Positions 1 to 3,588 of a DNA stretch of 5,701 bases are shown piece by piece. This DNA is from a virus. The stretch lies in IMG/VR virus record IMGVR_UViG_3300050496_000070, positions 1-5,701 of that record; one strand, written 5' to 3'. Position numbers and translations under genes: made by a program. Under the pieces are notes generated by a model. The model made no database searches. It was given only the letters and a program-made list of their open reading frames with translations, and was not told where the DNA came from. Position 1 is the stretch's first letter, and every line of letters begins with the position of its first letter.

Positions 1-127
1 CGCGACCTCGAGGCGCTCGGGCACGGCAACCCGGATAGCTGCGATGAGGAACGCAACGGCGTGCTGGTGCTTGACGAGCTCGGCACGTGGCTCAACTCGC
101 GGGGCTTTCAGGACAAGGAACGTGCCG
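1..127. repeat. Terminal redundancy, left copy, identical to 5575-5701
   Basis: Base-by-base comparison shows 127/127 identity with the last 127 nt of the window. It lies inside coding sequence of the pI/Zot gene, so it marks circular closure rather than an att or LTR repeat. Confidence 0.97.
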
Positions 128-678
128 GCGTTCTCGACTGGTTGATCCACGCGCGCAAGCACGGTTGGGACGTCTACATGCAAGTGCAGTCGAGCGAGAT
201 GATCGACAAGCAGGCGCGCGTCGGGCTGATCGAGTTCGCTTGCGTCTGCCGGCGCATGGACAAGATCCGAATCCCGATCATCGGCGGCTTGCTCGGCCTG
301 GTGCACCCGCGTCTCGGGCGCTTGCCTCGCTGGCATCGCGTGACCTCACGCATGGTGCTCGACGCCGGCCAGCACATCGTTGCCGAGCGGTGGAACTTCC
401 GGGGCACCGAACTGCATTCGGCGTATGACACGCGGCAGGTTTTCCGCTCCGACTACCCGCATGGCGCGCATTCCGTACTCCCTCCCTGGGACTGGAAACC
501 GCCACTCTCGTTCTGGGCCAGAGTGCGTGCACGAGCGCAGGCGATGCGGCCGGCTGCGGGCACGCGCAGCGGGCGCGCACCGTCCGAGAAGCCGAAGGTC
601 GTGCAGATGCTCATGGGGCTGCCTCCCGATGAGCGCCTGCGCCACACGCAGCGCTTGGTGTCGCTCGGGCTGATCTAG
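1..678 (+). CDS. gI: pI / Zot-family phage assembly ATPase, 3' part. It continues 5395-5574; the full gene is 858 nt and encodes 285 aa.
   Basis: Position 1 is in frame with the ORF starting at 5395 once 5575 is equated with 1. Walker B is VLVLDE (61-78). There are long runs of similarity to recalled M13 pI: NGVLVLDELGTWLNSRGFQDKER, DWLIHARKHGWDV, IDKQAR, CRRMDKIRIP, AYDTRQVF. Stop is TAG at 676-678. Confidence 0.9.
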   Translation, partial: RDLEALGHGNPDSCDEERNGVLVLDELGTWLNSRGFQDKERAGVLDWLIHARKHGWDVYMQVQSSEMIDKQARVGLIEFACVCRRMDKIRIPIIGGLLGLVHPRLGRLPRWHRVTSRMVLDAGQHIVAERWNFRGTELHSAYDTRQVFRSDYPHGAHSVLPPWDWKPPLSFWARVRARAQAMRPAAGTRSGRAPSEKPKVVQMLMGLPPDERLRHTQRLVSLGLI

Positions 679-726
679 CGGGGACCGGGGCGGGAGCCCC
701 AAGTGCGCGGAGCGCCCACGGTCTGG

Positions 727-1251
727 TCAGCCAGCGGCAGCGATGGTGGCCTGAGCCCGGTGCGCGTTCGCGGCCTGGGCCATCATGGTTCGCATTTGGT
801 GCAACCGCGCCATGCAAAGCCGGCCGACCGACGCCGGGCGCAAAGCCTTCCAGATGCGCGACAATGTATAGACTGTCCGTTGGAAGGTTGTAAGTGCCTC
901 AGTGCCGGAAGTCGCTCCCGCGTCCGTCCCCTGGGCGTCGTCCATCGTAATCGTGCTCAGGGCCGCGACGACGCCAAGCGCCCAGCACGCGAAAAGCGCC
1001 CGTTTGAGCATCCCTGCTCGCGAGGCATTTTTGGGGTTCTCGATGATCGCAATCGCGACCCACTCCCGCGTCTCATCCCCAGGTAGTTGAAGCACATCGC
1101 AGAGCGCGGCGACGGTCTCCGGACTGATCGCGCGCCGGCCTCTGCGCATCGCGTTCATGTCCTGCGGGACGATGCCGATCCGTCGCGCTAGCTCGGCGTC
1201 GCTGTGCACTTTTGCACGAGCCATGTCAAGTAGTGTTTCTAGGGACTTCAT
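727..1251 (-). CDS. HTH (Cro/CI-like) transcriptional regulator with one predicted transmembrane helix; putative phage repressor
   Basis: 174-aa ORF, the only well-supported minus-strand gene. SD AAGGAAAGG lies 7 nt upstream of the ATG (complement of 1249-1251). HTH-like segment SDAELARRIGIVPQDMNAMRRGRRAIS is at residues ~17-43. Hydrophobic stretch ALFACWALGVVAALSTITM (residues 85-103, nt 943-999) follows KR. Third-codon-position GC is mostly high. The divergent placement matches repressors of other inoviruses. Confidence 0.7.
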   Translation of the reverse strand: MKSLETLLDMARAKVHSDAELARRIGIVPQDMNAMRRGRRAISPETVAALCDVLQLPGDETREWVAIAIIENPKNASRAGMLKRALFACWALGVVAALSTITMDDAQGTDAGATSGTEALTTFQRTVYTLSRIWKALRPASVGRLCMARLHQMRTMMAQAANAHRAQATIAAAG

Positions 1252-1320
1252 CTAAGCACCTTTCCTTACGTAGACTCGCGCCCCATAAGGAATTTTCCTT
1301 ATGAACCCAGCGAGGTCTAC
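1252..1320. promoter_or_regulatory. Divergent control region between the regulator gene and the + strand operon, with a candidate operator palindrome and nested inverted repeats
   Basis: Perfect inverted repeat CATAAGGAA-tt-TTCCTTATG at 1284-1303. A third TTCCTTA copy is at 1262-1268. An outer inverted repeat pairs 1270-1278 (GTAGACTCG) with 1311-1320 (CGAgGTCTAC, one bulged G). Possible -10 TAGACT at 1271-1276. SD GAGG at 1312-1315 serves the ATG at 1321. This is the lowest-GC part of the window. Confidence 0.5.
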
Positions 1321-1620
1321 ATGAGCATGAATGCTACCCCGACGGTCGTGACGATTTCCGGCCGAATTTCCAACGTTGACGCATATCCGAAGGTCAAACC
1401 GCGCCGCTGGACCACCCTGGTCCGCATGAAGGCGGCGAGCGAGTACGACACGCCGGCTACGGTCGAGGTCGTTTCCGAACGCTCGCTCGGTGGGGAAGGG
1501 GAGGTCATCAGCGTTGAGTGCGCCGTGACCGGCCGCTATCGCTCGTATGAAGTGACCGACAAGCAGACCGGCGAGGTCCGCGTCGTCCGCACCGCGGACA
1601 ACATCCTCACGGCAGCTTGA
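1321..1620 (+). CDS. Small (99 aa) putative ssDNA-binding protein, functional analog of Ff pV
   Basis: SD GAGG lies 5 nt upstream of the ATG. GC3 is high. Size and beta-rich alternating pattern fit an OB-fold binder (VVTISGRISNV..., EVISVECAVTGRYRSYEVTDKQTGEVRVVRT). It sits next to rep. Function is inferred from size, position and pattern only. Confidence 0.55.
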   Translation: MSMNATPTVVTISGRISNVDAYPKVKPRRWTTLVRMKAASEYDTPATVEVVSERSLGGEGEVISVECAVTGRYRSYEVTDKQTGEVRVVRTADNILTAA

Positions 1621-2789
1621 CCGTGAGCGGCTCGTTCCAGGGCTTCGAGGTCGAAACCGGCCACGACGACAAGTCGTGGTACTGGGACGAGCACGGCGAC
1701 CACGCACGCGAGCAGAAGTTTGCGTCGTGGCGCGAGCAGCAGGCGCTCGAAACCCGCGAGGCCATCCCGATCAACGATGCGTACATCGCGTCCCTTGAGT
1801 GGGATGCCGAGATGGACCGCATGCGCACGCGCACCGATTGGTCCGTGGTCGCTCAGTTCGAGGACGCGGCGCGTGTTGCGTTTGAACAGGTCGAGGCCGA
1901 AGCGCGCAACGGTGCGAGTCGGGATGGCCTTGTCTCAGTTCTATCAACGGGAAAACGGGCGAAACGTGTACCCCGTTGCGACCGCAAGCCGGCTGCGGCG
2001 ATCGCGTCAGCGAGCACGCAGGCCGCCGTTCAGGCGGCAGGCGCATTCATCGCAGGCGGTGCCGAAGCGCGCATGGCCAAGCTTCGGATGGCTGTCGGGT
2101 TTGCTGCTCGTGTTCACTGCGCACCCAGGAAGGGCCATAGGCCCTTCGAGGTGCGCATGCTGACGCTGACCTATCGAGACGCGAAGGCATGGCGTCCGAA
2201 TCAGATCAAGGAATTGATGCGCCATGTGCGCATGTGGCACGAGCGGAACGGCATGAAGTGCCGCTATGTGTGGGTGGCCGAACTGCAGGACGGCAAGCGC
2301 CGTCGCGATGGTGTCGGCCGCGACGCCGTGCATTACCACGTAGCGTTGTGGGTGCCGGTGGGCGCACCGCTCATGCCGATGCCTGACAAGCAAGGGTGGT
2401 GGGCGCATGGGTGGTCCCGCATCGAGTCAGCGAAGCACGCTGTCTCGTACCTCATGCACTACCTCAAGAAGTCCAACTCCAAACACTTTGGGAGCTTTCC
2501 CGATGGCTGTCGTCTCTACTCCGTGGGCGGCTTGGAGCATGCTGATCGGCGTGCTCGTCGCTGGCTTCGTCTGCCTGCGTTCGTGCAGGGTAATTCTTCG
2601 ATCTTCGACAACTGGACTCGGAAGGTTGGGGGAGGGTGGGTCTCCCCTGATGGTGAGTGGTTCCCCTCCGAGTTTCGGCGCGTCTCGATTGGCGGGTGCG
2701 CCGCGCTCCAGCGAATGCATACCCATCCGCGCACCATTGACGCGAGCGGACCTTTCAACTGGATCGATTCGCGCGAGGTCGTGCAATGA
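1617..2789 (+). CDS. Rolling-circle replication initiator (HUH endonuclease superfamily), functional analog of Ff pII
   Basis: Motif 1 is RMLTLTY (aa ~180-186). The HUH motif is HYH in VHYHVALW (nt 2331-2339). The two-tyrosine motif is SYLMHYLKK (Y at 2448-2450 and 2460-2462, Y-x-x-x-Y as in phiX174 gpA-type Reps). The start is uncertain: TTG 1617 overlaps the upstream TGA as TTGA, or GTG 1623; the first in-frame ATG is at aa ~66. Confidence 0.88.
   Translation: MTVSGSFQGFEVETGHDDKSWYWDEHGDHAREQKFASWREQQALETREAIPINDAYIASLEWDAEMDRMRTRTDWSVVAQFEDAARVAFEQVEAEARNGASRDGLVSVLSTGKRAKRVPRCDRKPAAAIASASTQAAVQAAGAFIAGGAEARMAKLRMAVGFAARVHCAPRKGHRPFEVRMLTLTYRDAKAWRPNQIKELMRHVRMWHERNGMKCRYVWVAELQDGKRRRDGVGRDAVHYHVALWVPVGAPLMPMPDKQGWWAHGWSRIESAKHAVSYLMHYLKKSNSKHFGSFPDGCRLYSVGGLEHADRRARRWLRLPAFVQGNSSIFDNWTRKVGGGWVSPDGEWFPSEFRRVSIGGCAALQRMHTHPRTIDASGPFNWIDSREVVQ
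1945..1978. repeat. AACGGG/AACGTG repeat cluster with a 7-bp inverted repeat inside rep; candidate Rep-binding or origin element
   Basis: AACGGG at 1946-1951 and 1954-1959. AACGTG at 1963-1968. Inverted AACGGG (CCCGTT on +) at 1972-1977. CAACGGG (1945-1951) is the reverse complement of CCCGTTG (1972-1978). The cluster coincides with a run of A/T-ending codons unusual for this genome. Confidence 0.35.
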
Positions 2790-2971
2790 ACGCGCGTGAT
2801 CGCCTGCTCTGGCTGATCCTGTCAGCGGCGGCGCTCGCCGGCTGCACGTCGATGCAGCGTGCGTGGTATCGCTGCGATGCACGGGACGGCATCTTTCGAG
2901 GCTGGGACTACAAGTCCGAGTGCGACCGGCTGGAACGGTCGGCGCGAGGGGTACAGCGTGAACTGGTCTGA
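2786..2971 (+). CDS. Small secreted lipoprotein (61-aa precursor, 42-aa mature)
   Basis: The start overlaps the rep stop as ATGA, with SD GAGG 7 nt upstream. Signal peptide is MNARDRLLWLILSAAALAG followed by Cys20, giving lipobox L-A-G-C (Cys codon 2843-2845). Hand-counted GC3 is about 79 percent. Confidence 0.7.
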   Translation: MNARDRLLWLILSAAALAGCTSMQRAWYRCDARDGIFRGWDYKSECDRLERSARGVQRELV

Positions 2972-3056
2972 CGCGGCGCAGGTGCAGCAGGCCGTGATCG
3001 TGCTGCTGCTCGTTGTCATCTTCGCGATGGGCTATCGCGCAGGGGACAAGCGATGA
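2958..3056 (+). CDS. 32-aa single-TM minor virion protein candidate (pVII-like)
   Basis: GTG start with SD GAGGGG (2945-2950) 7 nt upstream. The peptide VNWSDAAQVQQAVIVLLLVVIFAMGYRAGDKR resembles recalled M13 pVII in length and in its C-terminal pattern (...QAMIQISVVLCFALGIIAGGQR). GC3 is high. The track ORF 2859-3056 is probably an upstream over-extension. Confidence 0.55.
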   Translation: MNWSDAAQVQQAVIVLLLVVIFAMGYRAGDKR

Positions 3057-3190
3057 AAGAACTGCTGCTCCTGTGGGTCGAGCCGGTTTACTGGCGCACG
3101 GCCGTGCTGCTCGCAGCGGTCGGCCTCGTGGCAATCGGCTATCACGCGACGCGCGTAGGCGCGTGGGTCGCGCGGAGGCTCGCTCGATGA
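3053..3190 (+). CDS. 45-aa single-TM protein, function unknown (minor coat or assembly candidate)
   Basis: Not in the supplied ORF track. ATG overlaps the preceding stop as ATGA, with SD AGGGGA 6 nt upstream. Peptide is MKELLLLWVEPVYWRTAVLLAAVGLVAIGYHATRVGAWVARRLAR. Hand-counted GC3 is about 80 percent. Confidence 0.6.
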   Translation: MKELLLLWVEPVYWRTAVLLAAVGLVAIGYHATRVGAWVARRLAR

Positions 3191-3303
3191 TCGACAGCGA
3201 CACGATCCTGCGCTTGATCGTCGGCGCAATGGGGATATGGGCCGCGGGCTTCGCGGTCGGGCGAACGGTCGCGTGGGTTCGGGAAATTCTCAACGCGGCT
3301 TGA
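3187..3303 (+). CDS. 38-aa single-TM protein (pIX-like minor coat candidate)
   Basis: ATG overlaps the preceding stop as ATGA, with SD GGAGG (3174-3178) 8 nt upstream. Peptide is MIDSDTILRLIVGAMGIWAAGFAVGRTVAWVREILNAA. GC3 is about 82 percent. It is the terminal part of track ORF 3013-3303. Confidence 0.6.
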   Translation: MIDSDTILRLIVGAMGIWAAGFAVGRTVAWVREILNAA

Positions 3304-3373
3304 TGAATGCGCGGCATGTTGCCGCACCCGGCGTCGCAGCGGTTCCCTGCGGCAATTCGAGTGGAGATGAAAG

Positions 3374-3586
3374 ATGAACCTCAAGGAAAAACTGCTGGTC
3401 GGTACCGGCCTCGCCATGTCGTCGGCTCTCGCGATGGCGCAGACCACGGACCCGTTCGACACGGCGATCACGACCCTGACGGCGAAGGTGACCTCGTACG
3501 GTGGCGCGTTGGTCGCTCTGGCGGCGGTCGGCGTGGCGTTCTTCGTCGCGATCAAGTACGTCAAGAAGATCACCCGCGCGGCCTGA
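3374..3586 (+). CDS. gVIII: Major coat protein (pVIII-like), 70-aa precursor
   Basis: SD GGAG 7 nt upstream. The 22-aa signal peptide ends ALA-M-A. The 48-aa mature peptide has an acidic N-terminus (QTTDPFD), a hydrophobic core (GGALVALAAVGVAFFVAI) and a basic C-terminus (KYVKKITRAA). This matches the architecture and size of Ff pVIII. Confidence 0.9.
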   Translation: MNLKEKLLVGTGLAMSSALAMAQTTDPFDTAITTLTAKVTSYGGALVALAAVGVAFFVAIKYVKKITRAA

Positions 3587-3588
3587 TC

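Noticed and set aside
1-127. Terminal direct repeats as attL/attR, LTRs or target-site duplication of an integrated element
   Set aside because: The repeat is internal coding sequence of the pI gene and joining the ends restores the ORF in frame. No host-like flanking sequence exists in the window, and the 127-nt length fits an assembler k-mer overlap.
687-700. GC hairpin GGGGC-ggga-GCCCC between the convergent pI and regulator genes, plus GCGC-gga-GCGC at 705-715, as a possible bidirectional terminator
   Set aside because: The stems are only 4-5 bp and there is no T-run on either strand, so an intrinsic terminator call is not supportable. It may still matter as part of the 48-nt convergent gap.
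703-1086. + strand 127-aa ORF (and 902-1090) overlapping the regulator gene
   Set aside because: It is antisense to the HTH regulator ORF, which has the better SD, start and codon-position GC pattern. The product is Arg-rich with no recognisable features.
1301-1324. Mini-ORF ATG AAC CCA GCG AGG TCT ACA TGA (MNPARST) in the control region, preceded by AAGGAA and with its stop overlapping the ATG at 1321
   Set aside because: Seven codons cannot be distinguished from chance. The AAGGAA and ATG belong to the operator palindrome. It is noted only as a possible leader peptide, which would need ribosome profiling to take seriously.
2087-2097. 11-nt direct repeat GATGGCTGTCG at 2087-2097 and 2502-2512
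   Set aside because: A few exact 11-mer repeats are expected by chance in 5.7 kb of compositionally biased DNA. The two copies lie in different reading frames and no further similarity flanks them.
1720-2163. +1-frame 147-aa ORF inside rep, including ATG 1924 and a hydrophobic run SFGWLSGLLLVF produced by a run of T-ending rep codons at ~2079-2125
   Set aside because: There is no convincing SD. The product is mostly Arg/Ser-rich off-frame sequence, and open +1 frames are expected in GC-rich DNA. The local drop in rep GC3 is at least partly explained by the AACGGG repeat and hairpin cluster. It is kept only as a weaker parallel to the 2503 candidate.
2859-2957. Upstream part of track ORF 2859-3056 (GTG 2859 or ATG 2877 as start)
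   Set aside because: It would overlap the lipoprotein gene by about 100 nt. The lipoprotein frame has the high GC3 there. The strong SD GAGGGG sits 7 nt before GTG 2958, giving a 32-aa product of pVII-like size.
3307-3588. N-terminal 94-aa extension of the pIII-like ORF as given in the track (start 3307)
   Set aside because: It overlaps the entire major coat gene in a different frame and encodes an Arg/Gly/Asp-rich non-secretory sequence. A proper signal peptide begins at the ATG at 3589, 2 nt after the coat gene stop.
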